This document shows positions 18,078-29,014 of a stretch of 64,000 bases of DNA, piece by piece (positions within the stretch are counted from its first letter, which is position 1; each line of letters opens with the position of its first letter). Origin of the DNA: a virus. Below the pieces are notes generated by a model. That model searched no databases and was not told where the DNA came from. It was given only the letters and a program-made list of their open reading frames with translations. The position numbers and the translations under genes are program-made. The stretch is from positions 32,001-96,000 of IMG/VR virus record IMGVR_UViG_3300020171_000001, one strand, 5' to 3'.

Positions 18078-18284
18078 ATGAGAAAGACGAAGACATCGAA
18101 CAAGGCCCTGTTCAACGAGGCGCGGCGGTTCCTGTCTGCTCTCGCGGACTACGATAACGCGGCAGATGTGAACCACTTCCATTGCCCCGAGCACGCGGCG
18201 GCGATGCGCGCATCGATGGACTTGTACCACGCACTGGCCCAGTGGCGACAGACGTCGCCCTACGACAAGCTGGAGAAAAAGTGA
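18078..18284 (+). CDS. small hypothetical protein (paralog of 16410-16592)
   Basis: GAGGTG SD; HAAAMRASMD..HALA.WRQT. Confidence 0.55.
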   Translation: MRKTKTSNKALFNEARRFLSALADYDNAADVNHFHCPEHAAAMRASMDLYHALAQWRQTSPYDKLEKK

Positions 18285-18562
18285 TGATGAAGCTACTCGA
18301 CTCGGTATTGCGTATTTCCGACCAAAGACCGCCGTTGTGGCTCGTGCAGGATGCCGAGCAGTTGGCACGACGGCATAACCGCCAAATTGACGAGCCGTGG
18401 CGGCACAGCTTCCGCCCGCTCCCCCGAACGCCGGGCGTGTGCGCCATCTGCTACCAGGTGGAACGGCGGCACCGGCTGCCGTTGTGGCGCCGGCTCGTTG
18501 CGTGGCTGGTGGGGGACGGAGCCATGCGCGAGACCCTGAGCAAGCGCGACAAGGATCTGTGA
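18284..18562 (+). CDS. small hypothetical protein (paralog of 19812-20039)
   Basis: RPPL.LV.DAE.LA...PWRH...PG.C..C.....HR.PLWRR.VAWLVG. Confidence 0.55.
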   Translation: MMKLLDSVLRISDQRPPLWLVQDAEQLARRHNRQIDEPWRHSFRPLPRTPGVCAICYQVERRHRLPLWRRLVAWLVGDGAMRETLSKRDKDL

Positions 18563-19811
18563 AGACCATGGCGAAGACCGAAGCGAAAAGACTGGCCGCA
18601 AAAGGGGTCGTTTCGAGACTGCAAGGAATCCTCGACGCAGGGTGGCCCCAGAACATGCGCGACGACAAGGACCCGCCCGAGAAGGGCGCAGATCTCCAGA
18701 GGACGCGGGATGGGATGGAGCAGCTGATCGCGGGCACCGAACGGACGTACCGAATTTAACGTGCAGAGGAGCAGCCAATGAACAAGCGCAGCGCCACGAA
18801 ATTGTGCCGGATCCTGGTAGACAGAGTAGTCGCGCAAGAGCAGGAGATCAACGTGCATCTCGGGCATCCGAGCGACTACCAGATCGGGTCGCTGACCGTG
18901 AGCGTGCGCTGGGATGTGCTCGCCACTGCCATCGGGTATTGCCCAAAGCCGCGGCCGGAAGGAGACGCGCTATGAGGCTAACCCTCGCCCGCATTTTTCT
19001 ACGGGACGCATCGCCCGCGCGCAGCCGCCAGGCTGCGCAGTTCGTCGCGCTATACCCACGCGGCGCTCCACCGTCGATAGAGGTGCTTGCACGACTCGCG
19101 GCCCACGAGTTCGACGTGATATCGCTGTTGCATCTTTTGCCAGTGCCACTGCTCCGCGGGTGGCTGCACGCAGTAGCCGGCGCTGACGCGCCCCGATATA
19201 TCGCAGAGTCTGCAACGCTGCTAGAGGCAGCGGAGACCGCGGCGACAGACGCAGAGGAAAACGCGTGGACGGCAGCGGCAGAGGCCGCGTCCGATGGCCG
19301 CCCGGACGTGCCCGATGGCGTCTGGCAGGCGGCCGGCGACAGCGCGGCAACCGCCGAGGAGGGGCGGCAGCTCGCGCTGCTCACCGGCGCGCTGGAAGAC
19401 GCGCGAGAGCACACCGCGGCGGGCGCCCGAACCAGGGTGCGGTCCGGTAGCAAGAGCAGCTATGGACTGCACCGAGGGCGAGGCACTGGCCGTGGCTCTG
19501 CGGGGGCAGTGCGTGGCGGCGCAGTGCCCGCGCGAGGACGTGCGGACGTGCGGCACTGCGAGCACGACGGCCCGCCGTGCGTGTGCGCCGGCGGCGGATG
19601 CCCTGATGACGAAATCAACGACCCGAGGAGGTAGCGATGCGCGAGATGACGCTGATCTTGATGTTGCCAGTCCGCGTGGACGTGCAGGTCGACGACGACG
19701 GGCGTGTCGCCCACGTCTTGTCGGCTGAAACGGACACCCCAAGTGAACGGGAAGTCGAGGAGGCCCTCGACGCGGAGGACCGGCTCCACGAGCTGGATGA
19801 GGGTGCGACCG

Positions 19812-20039
19812 ATGAGACGGAATAACACCGTGACCCGCATCACCGGCTGGCGCCCGCCGCTGCGCCTGGTGCGCGACGCGGAGCGGCTGGCCATGGACGC
19901 CTCGACGCCGTGGCGGCACGTCTTCCGGCACCACCAGCAGCTCCCCGGGATCTGCGACCTGTGCCTGCAGCCGCTGCACCGCCACCGGGCGCCGCTGTGG
20001 CGGCGGATCGTCGCGTGGCTGGTGGGGGTGGAGCCATGA
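19812..20039 (+). CDS. small hypothetical protein (paralog of 18284-18562)
   Basis: Same motif string as 18284-18562. Confidence 0.55.
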   Translation: MRRNNTVTRITGWRPPLRLVRDAERLAMDASTPWRHVFRHHQQLPGICDLCLQPLHRHRAPLWRRIVAWLVGVEP

Positions 20040-20590
20040 GGCGGCTAATCCGATACCGCCCATACGGCCCTGGCCACGTGCGCTCTAGCGCATGGCTGGA
20101 GTGGCGCGACCCGTCCGAGGCCGACCTGACGGGGGCCGACCTGGTCGGCGCCGACCTGCGCGGCGCCGACCTGCGCTGGACAGACCTGACCGGGGCAGAC
20201 CTGGCCGGGACGTGTCTCGACCCCGGCGCGGCCATCCCGCCACAGGACTTGAGCGGGTGGGAGGTGCTGCCCGACGGCCGACTGCTCGGGTGGCGCACGC
20301 GGCGGAGCATGCACGCAGGCAACACCATCTACGAGCACGGCGTCCACTACGAGGCGCCGTGGTTCTCGGTCGATGAGACGACCGAGTGTCACCCGGGCCT
20401 GTACGCGTTCCCGCGCCGCGGTGACGCCGAGGGTTGGGCGCGGATCTATCCCTATGGGCTACCCCGTGGGCCGCACCCGTCGGTCGTACAGGTGGCCATC
20501 GAGCCGGCAGACATCCTGCGCGCCGGCGACAAGTGGCGCTGCCGGCGGTTCGAGGTGCTGCTGGACCACGCGCGGGAGTTGACGCGATGA
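20036..20590 (+). CDS. pentapeptide-repeat protein with phage C-terminal domain
   Basis: ADLTG-ADLVG-ADLRG-ADLRW-TDLTG-ADLAG repeats; ECHPGLY. Confidence 0.75.
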   Translation: MRRLIRYRPYGPGHVRSSAWLEWRDPSEADLTGADLVGADLRGADLRWTDLTGADLAGTCLDPGAAIPPQDLSGWEVLPDGRLLGWRTRRSMHAGNTIYEHGVHYEAPWFSVDETTECHPGLYAFPRRGDAEGWARIYPYGLPRGPHPSVVQVAIEPADILRAGDKWRCRRFEVLLDHARELTR

Positions 20591-21129
20591 CCCGAGACCT
20601 TACCATCGGCGCCCTCGTGACGGTTCGACGCGACGGCCGCGTTTACGTGGGTGAGGTGTTGCGCCGCACCGCAACGCTGGCCATCGTGTTGGTCGACGGC
20701 GAGCCGGCGCGCTATCGTCTTGCGACGGGCCAGAGGGTTGGCAGCAGTATGTCTGCGTGGAGCGAGGACAGCCTTGGCGCGCCGGACCCGATGGCGAGCG
20801 TCAACCGCGTCGCGCTGCGCAAGGCCCCCGTGCCCGGGTGGGCGCCCACCCGCTGGACGGCCTGCGGAGACGGTGGGTTTCTGGTTTTTGGCGGCGCGGG
20901 CGCGTGGGTTCGCGTCACCCGCGCAGAGATAGAGGAGGAGGAACGATGAGCGCCGGCGACTGGTGGACCGCGGTCTCGTGCCCGTGGACGGGGTGCGAGC
21001 GGCTAGCACTGGCGCCGGCCGACCGGCCGATTGGGTGCCGGCAGGGTGGCCGGCGTGATAGCACACCGCGGCGGGCACCCGCACCAGGAGGTGGCCCGGC
21101 ACGGAATCAAATGTCTGGCCCGCCGCGGG

Positions 21130-21165
21130 GCCTCGCCGGTGTCTCCCGAGCCGGCGGGGCTTTTT
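21130..21165 (+). terminator. Rho-independent terminator-like hairpin before dnaN
   Basis: GCCTCGCCGG / CCGGCGGGGC stem plus TTTTT. Confidence 0.55.
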
Positions 21166-21188
21166 GCACACAGCAATAAGGAGATCCA

Positions 21189-22277
21189 ATGCTCGACCTC
21201 ACGACGAAGAAGGACCAGTTTCTGAAGGGCCTGCACCTGGCGCAGAGTATCGCGGACCGCAAGAGCACAATGCCCGTCCTTGGTCACACGCTCATCCGGA
21301 GCGTGGGCAAGGATGCGATCTGCTGCGCGGCCACGGACCTGCAGGTCAGCGTGACGGCGGAGGCGCGGGCGGATGTGCTGTCGGACGGCAGCGTTGCCGT
21401 CCCGGCCGACCTGCTCTATAGCGTTGTGCGCAGTCTGCCCGGCTGCGACGTAACGCTGACCGAGGCGCCGGCCGGGCGCGTGACGGTCGCGTCGGACGGC
21501 GCGTCTGTCGAACTGGCGTGTTTGCCGGGCGCCGACTTCCCCGCGCTGCCGGAGCACCGGGAAACCGAGTTCCGCGAGGTGGACGGCAATGCCATCTCGG
21601 ACATGATCGCGAAGACGATCTTCTCGGTCTCGACGGACGAGACGCGGCGGCACCTCAGCGGCATCCTGATGGAGTGGGAAGGCACCACGGCGCGCATGGT
21701 GTCCACCGACGGGCACCGGCTAAGCAAGGCGGAGATGGAGCTCGAGGGGGGCCTGGACCTGCCCAAGGGCGTCATCATCCCGCGCAAGGGCGCGCTGGAG
21801 ACGCGGCAACTGTTGGACGGCCAGGATTGGACGTGCGGTTTGGCGGTCAAGGAGGAGAACCTGGTGGTGTGGGCGGGCGACGTCATCCTCACCGTCAAGC
21901 TGGTGGAAGCCAAGTTCCCGCCGTACCGGCAGGTGGTGCCGCCGGCCGCGGCCGAGCAAGCGGCCGTAGACCGTGCGGCGGTCATGTCGGCGGTCAAGCG
22001 CGCTGCGATACTCGCTGAGGCCGTCACGCTGGCGGCGGCGCCCGGCCGGCTGGTGGTGTCGGGCGAGAACCTCGACACGGGGGCGGCGCGTGCGGAGATC
22101 GAGGCAGACTACAGCGGGCCGGCCGCACAGGCACAGGTCGCTGCGCGCTATCTGCTTGACGCGCTGGGGGCGTGTGAGGGCGACGTCGTGCGGCTGGATA
22201 TCACGGGCCAGCTTTCGCCGGTGGTCGTCCGCGATGCCAGCGGATATGTGGGCGTGATCATGCCCATGAAGGTGTGA
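21189..22277 (+). CDS. dnaN: DNA polymerase III beta sliding clamp
   Basis: 362 aa; KSTMPVL, ATDL, DFP.LP, STDETR..L.G, STDGHRL, IIPRK, FP.Y..V.P, YLLDAL, VIMPMK. Confidence 0.92.
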   Translation: MLDLTTKKDQFLKGLHLAQSIADRKSTMPVLGHTLIRSVGKDAICCAATDLQVSVTAEARADVLSDGSVAVPADLLYSVVRSLPGCDVTLTEAPAGRVTVASDGASVELACLPGADFPALPEHRETEFREVDGNAISDMIAKTIFSVSTDETRRHLSGILMEWEGTTARMVSTDGHRLSKAEMELEGGLDLPKGVIIPRKGALETRQLLDGQDWTCGLAVKEENLVVWAGDVILTVKLVEAKFPPYRQVVPPAAAEQAAVDRAAVMSAVKRAAILAEAVTLAAAPGRLVVSGENLDTGAARAEIEADYSGPAAQAQVAARYLLDALGACEGDVVRLDITGQLSPVVVRDASGYVGVIMPMKV

Positions 22278-22907
22278 CCATGCGGCCCCTCACGAAAATC
22301 CAGACGGACGCGCTATTGTCGTTGGCCGGCCACGATGTGTTCAGCGCGGCGATCCCACTGGCCGCGCATCGGGCGCTGGCAAAGCGTGGCCTGGTCGAGT
22401 TGCGCGAGCGCAAGTGGTCACCACTCGTCCCGCCCTCGCGGCGGCGACCGACACACGACGCGCGCATCACAGCCGTCGGCCGGGCGCTAGCGCAGTCCAT
22501 CATTGCCGCGCGGCCCGTCGAGTGGCGGCTGTCGGCCTACTGGCACTGCCCGCTATGCGGCCGGCTGCGAGATGCCCGGCTTGTGCCTCTCGCCGGCCCG
22601 GAACGGGAGATAACCTGCCAGTGGTGCGATACCACCTACATGCTGGCCGACGAGCCGGCCGTGACGCCATGGAAATGACGCCGCACGACGTGTTCCCGGA
22701 ACTCACGGCCCACGCCCGGGCCACGATCTCCGGGCTGCCCGCCGACTGGCGGGTGTTCCGCGCCGAGGTGCTGGACGACGGGTCCACGCTCGCAGAGGGC
22801 GCGGTGGCCTACGTCGTCACACGCGGCCCGCGCAAGGGCCAGACGACCTGGCGCACGCCGCTGCAGCACCACCGCCGGCTGATGGCGCCTGCGCCCGGGG
22901 GCGGACG

Positions 22908-23351
22908 ATGACCGACACCCTCACCCTGCCCGCCCGAGTGCCGCTCCCGGACCACCGGCCCGGGGTCACCCACCACCTCACGATCCAGCACGCCGACGGC
23001 GAGCTGGACCTCTACCTGATTTGCAACACGTACCCGGACGGCCGGCTGGGCGAGGTCTTCGTCAAGGCGGCCAAAGCGGGCTCAAGGGTGCACGCGTACC
23101 TCGACCTGCTAATGCTTACGTTGTCGGTGGCGATCCAAAGCGGCGTGCCGCTCGCGACCCTCACGAGCAAGTACCGCGGCACGCGGTTCCCGCCCGAGGG
23201 CCGCGTGAACAACTACCCGGAGGAGATGGTGCGTGCCGAGCAAGCAACGCTCAACACGGCGCGGCCATACATCCTGGTGTCAAGCCCGGTGGACGCGATA
23301 GCGCGCTATCTGGATTGGATGTTTCCGGACGGCAAGGAGAGAGGACGATGA
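22908..23351 (+). CDS. stand-alone class II ribonucleotide reductase C-terminal (TSCPD-like) domain
   Basis: LYL..N.Y.DGRLGEVF, S.A.Q.GVP, GTRF.P.G, SS.VD.IARYL. Confidence 0.75.
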   Translation: MTDTLTLPARVPLPDHRPGVTHHLTIQHADGELDLYLICNTYPDGRLGEVFVKAAKAGSRVHAYLDLLMLTLSVAIQSGVPLATLTSKYRGTRFPPEGRVNNYPEEMVRAEQATLNTARPYILVSSPVDAIARYLDWMFPDGKERGR

Positions 23352-23779
23352 GCGATACCATATATTATTCCACGCGCCCCGACGAGGAGCGCCTCCTGCA
23401 CGAGACCGCAGAAGATGCCGTTGAGGCACTACTGGACGACATGAGCGAGGATGCACTCGCAGCCCTCCCGGACACGGTCCCTGTCTACGGGTGGGTACGG
23501 ACGAGCATCAAGGGACACCTGACACCGGAGGAGACGGTAGACGACATGCTGGAGTATCTCGACGAGGAATATGGAGACCCAGACGGCAACATGACCAATG
23601 AGCGAACACCTGCAATGGTCGAGGCTGCTAAGGCGTTTATCGCGGCCATCGAGGCCGACTATATCCCGTGGACGTGCGAGAGAGGGCCAGTGGAGACATT
23701 CGACATCCGGGAGATGCGGGCGCGGATGCTGAGATCGAACCCACCGGGAAAACCGGATGGTTCGGACGGCAAGGAGTAG
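23348..23779 (+). CDS. acidic hypothetical protein
   Basis: ATGA overlap, GAGG SD. Confidence 0.6.
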   Translation: MSDTIYYSTRPDEERLLHETAEDAVEALLDDMSEDALAALPDTVPVYGWVRTSIKGHLTPEETVDDMLEYLDEEYGDPDGNMTNERTPAMVEAAKAFIAAIEADYIPWTCERGPVETFDIREMRARMLRSNPPGKPDGSDGKE

Positions 23780-24039
23780 ACCATGATCAACGAATCCCCC
23801 AAGCAATTCTGGCAACGTTACGGCACCGTAGACTATCTGCGGATCGAGACCCGGCCCCCGCGCAAGCGCCCGAAGAACGACGGACGGTGCCAGGTGATCA
23901 TTGAGTCCACCCCGGACGGCACCCTCGGAGGGCATGACGCACTCGAGGCCATCATCCGGTGCAAGCTGCGGCTGGCGACCGGGGAGCAGGCCCGGCGGTT
24001 CTATGCGGCGCTGAAGGTGTTTGCAGAGGAGTGGGTGCC

Positions 24040-24549
24040 ATGAACATCAACCAGGCGCTGGACGTGTTGAGCGGGTTGTGCCTCGGAGACGCGGGGGCGA
24101 GCAACGCGCTGGCCGTGGTGCGGGCGCGCCTTGATGTGCTTCTTGCCGCGCTCGATGAGCAGCGTGAGATGTCGGCAGATCTGGCCCGTGGGCTGACACT
24201 GGAGATGGAGCGGTCAACGGCACTGAACGGAATCATCCGCAACAACGCATGGAGTTCAAAGACGACAATTGGTCGACTGGAGCATGAGTGCGATAGCCTG
24301 GGTGCTAAGGTCGCCCAGTGGCAACTCGCGTCCGGCCTGGAGCGCGGCGGCGACCCGGACGGCGTGACGCCCGACGCCATGCGAGCATACTGGGAGGAGC
24401 AGGAGCGCGAGCTGGCGCTGTGCAAGGAGGCGCTGCGCGGGCTGTTGCGCATCCTGGACTCGTGCGTGTACTGGCCCGGGGATGGACGCGATATGACCGT
24501 CGAGGACGGGGCCGCGGTGGGGCTGGCGCGGGGGCTGGTGGAGAAATGA
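24040..24549 (+). CDS. coiled-coil hypothetical protein
   Basis: ATGA overlaps; ends LARGLVEK. Confidence 0.55.
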   Translation: MNINQALDVLSGLCLGDAGASNALAVVRARLDVLLAALDEQREMSADLARGLTLEMERSTALNGIIRNNAWSSKTTIGRLEHECDSLGAKVAQWQLASGLERGGDPDGVTPDAMRAYWEEQERELALCKEALRGLLRILDSCVYWPGDGRDMTVEDGAAVGLARGLVEK

Positions 24550-24889
24550 CGAGCGACGACAAGTGCAGGCACGGCAAGCCTCTAAACGCCGACTGTGGAC
24601 TCTGCGATCTTGGCCCGGACCCACGCGAGATGCGCCAGCTAAACACCCTCAGCAAGAGCGACTTCAAGAACCTCGGGTGCGAGGACGTGTCCGGCGCCCA
24701 GCTCCGCGCACGGGTGTTCGACCTGGAGGGGCTGGCATCCGAGCTGGCGCTGACCCTGGAGGAGTGCAAGCGGCTGGCGCGCTGGGTCGGTGAGCCTGGG
24801 GTTGGGTCTACGATTCACAGGAGAGAGTTCGCCAAGATGTCGATGACACGCATAGACGAGGTGCTGGAGAGCGCAAGGGAGAAGCTGAA

Positions 24890-25162
24890 ATGACCGACGA
24901 CAACTGGACCGGATCCTGGTGCCCGCAGTGCGGCCCCGACGTAAAGGTTGATGAGGACGGGTGCTGCGTCCACTGCGGCTGCGATTGCACGGGGGAGGGC
25001 GCAGAGCTGGCGCTGAGACATGCCCGGCACATCCATCTACTTCACGAGGCGATCCGCGGGCTGCTCGGGATGGTACCCGAGGCCGTTGACACAACTGATT
25101 GCGAGGACCGCGTCAACAAGGCGTGCATCATCGAGCTGGCGCGGGAACTGGTGGAGAAATGA
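24890..25162 (+). CDS. Zn-ribbon hypothetical protein
   Basis: CPQC..CC..CG; ends LARELVEK. Confidence 0.55.
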   Translation: MTDDNWTGSWCPQCGPDVKVDEDGCCVHCGCDCTGEGAELALRHARHIHLLHEAIRGLLGMVPEAVDTTDCEDRVNKACIIELARELVEK

Positions 25163-26040
25163 TGAAACATGGATGCCGCTGTCAAAGGTGCGGAAATCTA
25201 TACACCGTGGATGTACTGATAGCAGATGCACTGTGGGAGAGAATCAGATTGCGAGGACCTTCTGCGGGGTCTGGGCTTTTATGCGGCCCTTGCATCATGT
25301 CCAGGATTGAGGATCTGGCTGAGTTCGCGGCGTATAGACTGGACCCAATTGTAGATAAGCATGCAATCGACATCGACCTCGGCTCGGTCGCCATTGGACC
25401 TGGCCCTCGGCCTTCAACTATCTGGCTCATGAAGCCGGATGGCGAGGGCGGGGAATATCCCATGGATGATTTCGCCGCGCATGTCCTGGCGTTTGTCAAG
25501 GAGAGGTTCTGATGGGCAAACAGGACGAAGCTATTTTCCTGCTCGCGTTCTCGCTGGCCGAGTGCGTGTCCCTGCTGAAAAGGCAAGGGCGCCACAGGTA
25601 TCAAGGTGGCTGGCAACGGACGCCGCAGGACGACCCCAACGCCTGCCCTGCCGCATGGGATAGCCGGTACGATGCAGAGAAGGATGACTATGTCCCCGGC
25701 CACTGCGACTGCGGACTTAATGCCGCCATTGACAAGGCCGAGGCGTTGCTGGCCACGGCAGACCGAGAGCAGTCATGACCTGCCCCGTCTGCCGTGGCAC
25801 CGGCGACGACCCCGCCGGCTGGCCTGACACCGTACAGCGACCCACGCCGGAGGCGGTGTGGCGGTGCTGGTGCTGCGCCGGATCTGGCGAGCTGCCCGAG
25901 GGTGCGCAGTGGGACCCCGATTGCGGTAAGTTGTCGAGGCTCCGTCGCATTGCAGCCCGCATTACGCTTCGAGCCCAGGCGCGGAACCTGGGTATCACGA
26001 TGGCCCGGCTCTCCGAGCAGGAGCGCGGGCTTTGGAGGAG

Positions 26041-26574
26041 ATGATGAGAACTGCGGGTCTTCCTGGAATGCTCCCGGAGCCGCGTAAGTATTGGTGGTCA
26101 CGCGCTTCGCTGAGCGATTGCGGGAACTATCGCTACGGGCTTGTTCGCATCTGGCGCAATGGCGATCCGCTCGTAACGTGGTGCATGCTCAATCCGAGCA
26201 AGGCAGATGCAGAGATGGACGACGCTACGATTCGCAAGTGTGTTGGGTTCTCACGGCGTTGGAACTTCGGCGGCATTCAGGCGATCAACCTGTTTGGCTT
26301 GCGAGCCACGGACCCCACGGAGTTGCTGGTCCCGGGGCGTGACATCCAGGGGTTGAACCTAGCCGCGCTCGCGGGGTTTTCGGGGCGCCGGCTCGTCGTT
26401 GCATGGGGATCGCATGCAACGAAAGTGCCCGGATACGACAAGGCTCTAGCAGCGCTGCTCGATGGAGTGGACCTCGGCAACGTGTGGTGTCTCGGCACCA
26501 CTAAGTCAGGCCAGCCTCGGCACCCGTGCCGTCTTGGATACGACACCGAGCTTGCTCGATGGAGGAGAGGATGA
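26041..26574 (+). CDS. DUF1643-family protein
   Basis: S.CG.YRY.L.R.W, MLNPS.AD...DD.T.RKC, NLF..RAT.P, AWG, G.PRHP. Confidence 0.85.
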   Translation: MMRTAGLPGMLPEPRKYWWSRASLSDCGNYRYGLVRIWRNGDPLVTWCMLNPSKADAEMDDATIRKCVGFSRRWNFGGIQAINLFGLRATDPTELLVPGRDIQGLNLAALAGFSGRRLVVAWGSHATKVPGYDKALAALLDGVDLGNVWCLGTTKSGQPRHPCRLGYDTELARWRRG

Positions 26575-28318
26575 ACTACCCCGACGACGACCACGAGACC
26601 TACGAGGAGTACCTGGATCGCCAGGAGGAGCACGAGCAGGCGCAAGAACTGCGCTGGACTTGCCAGTTCCCGGGAAGGTGCGTCGTGCCCGACGAGCACA
26701 TGGCGTGCGAGTGCGCGACGGCTGAGATGATGGATGAGCACAGCCGGGATGCAGCCCACAACACCTGCCTCTGGCTGGACAACACCGAGTTGCTTTCGGC
26801 GGCTGACTGCCTCGACGACCTGGCGGTTGCCTGCGACGACGAGGGCGTGCCTGACGCGGCAGATGCCGCCAGGGGCACCGCGGATGCCATGAGGCGCATC
26901 GCAGACGCCGCCGAGAGGGGCGCGCCGCAGAACATCGGCGTGCTGACGCTGCCGTGCATCACGGTGACGGTGCGGGCCACGACGTCGCTGGAGGGGTCGC
27001 GGGCGCGGCTCTGCTTCGCCCGCATCGAGGACTGGAACTGCAACCTGCCCGCTGGGCACGACGGGCCGCACCAGCAGCCGGGAGGATGTGCGCCATGAGC
27101 ACCGATGTAGGGATCAAAACCATCTCCGAGATCGTCGGCGCTTGCCAAGAGCTTGAGCCGGTGAGCGAACATGACCTGCGCCTAGCCGTACTGGCAATCT
27201 ACTACCGGCTTCAGAACGTCTGCTACGCCGAGCCGAAGAGCTTGGCCACGGGGCTGTGTGAGATGCCGCAGGAACGATACGACGCCTGGCGGAAGTTCAT
27301 GAATGCCACTCCGGCCAAGTGGCTCGGAGACGGATGGACTCCGGGGACCGAGGAGAACATGACGCGCCGCCGCGTTGCGAAGGCCATCTTCGAGAAGGCC
27401 ACAGTGGAGAAGCCATGAGCAAGTCACGAGAGATAGCCACCTGCGAGAGGGACGCCATCGTGGCGTTCCTGCGGCAGAAGGCGAAGGGGATAGAGCAGCA
27501 GATCGAAGATGACCCCGGCGGCCCTGTCAAGAATTCGTCTCGGCGGATTACCGCCGAAGCGCTGAAGGCGGCGGCGGCTGCCATCGAGAAAGAGGTGCAC
27601 TGGCGATGAGCACCCCACCCGGGCGGCCAACCGCCTACCAGGTCAGGCTCATGCGGCACGCTTGCGGCATGGACTCCCGCGACCCCTACTATCAAGACTA
27701 CTTCGCAGCCGAGCCGGGCTTCGAGGACGATGAGCACTGGGGCGACCTAGTACGTAAGGGCCTGGCCGATGTGCGCCGGGAGCCGTGCGACTACAGCCCA
27801 TATCGTATCTACGGTGTGACGCCGGCGGGCAAGGAACTGATCGGCCACCACAACCAGGAGGAGTGCTTCAAATGAAACAAGGCGACGCCAACGCTCTAAG
27901 GATGTGCTTGTGCTGCGGAGCATGGGGGGCGGGGCTGTATCGGCTGTCCGGCGGTCGCGCAGTTCGTATCTGCCAAGAGTGCGCGAGAAACTGCCATGGG
28001 TGCAGGAACTGGCTGAATATGTCGACGGAGCGCAAGCCCATCGGGCGCGAGGTTGAGTGGGGTATCTGCGATGAGTAAGTGCATCTGCCCAACCCCCGAT
28101 TCAATCGAGTGCTTCAATCTGAGATATGGCCGGAGTGACTTCTGCGAGGAGTGCCACTGCGCCTGTCACGATGGTTGCCCCGTGTGCGGCGGGACGGGCG
28201 AATACGACCCAGGGCGTTCGTCTGTGGACGATACAGGGTGGATGATGGACTGCGAGGAGTGCATAGGAACGGGGGTCCTTTGGGGGATTGAGCACAAGCA
28301 AAACACGGAGGAGAAATC

Positions 28319-29014
28319 ATGAGCACCACACCCACGTACCACACCGGTGGCTCAACCTACAGCGTGCCCACCGCCGCGCAGGGCGATGACCGCGTCTACG
28401 GCACCTTCCGCAACTGCGCCGTCCTCGGCCACTGGTGTACTATCCACGTCGATCGGCTGCCCGACGGCGACCCGCAGGTCGCGGACATGCTCGGCTTCGG
28501 GGGCGTGTTCACGCGGGGCGGCGTGGCCATCCATATCAGCGGAAAAGACGACTACGGAGCCAAGACCGGCCCGGGGTTCATCCGCGCCATCGGGCTCTAC
28601 CGCGTGGAGTGGATCGGGGCTGGAGACCACGCGGCCGGCCTCGGCTGCTACAAGCCGGAGCCGGCGGTCATCGCGTCGTGGGACTCCGGGCCGGCGGGGA
28701 ACGGGCACCGCAGCAATATCTGGCAGCATCACGCGTTCTTCGGCGGGGCCAGCCACTTCGTCGCGCTGAAGGGCGTCTATCGGTGGTGGCAGGTGCACCG
28801 CCGGGGGTTCGGCGCACAGGACGTGTGCGAGGCCATCGACAATGTGCGCGGGCACAAGCGGGGCGACACCGGTTCTGTCCAGGATCGGCAGCACATCTCG
28901 GCGGTCCGCCGGCTCCTGGATGGGTGCGTCAACGTCCAATCTGTGGCCACGCCGCTGGGCGCGATGCTGGTCCGCGTCGGGCGGTGGACGTATGCGTTCG
29001 AGGAGCAGCCCTAG
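28319..29014 (+). CDS. hypothetical protein (last gene of + strand block)
   Basis: GGAG SD, high GC3 codon usage. Confidence 0.6.
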   Translation: MSTTPTYHTGGSTYSVPTAAQGDDRVYGTFRNCAVLGHWCTIHVDRLPDGDPQVADMLGFGGVFTRGGVAIHISGKDDYGAKTGPGFIRAIGLYRVEWIGAGDHAAGLGCYKPEPAVIASWDSGPAGNGHRSNIWQHHAFFGGASHFVALKGVYRWWQVHRRGFGAQDVCEAIDNVRGHKRGDTGSVQDRQHISAVRRLLDGCVNVQSVATPLGAMLVRVGRWTYAFEEQP

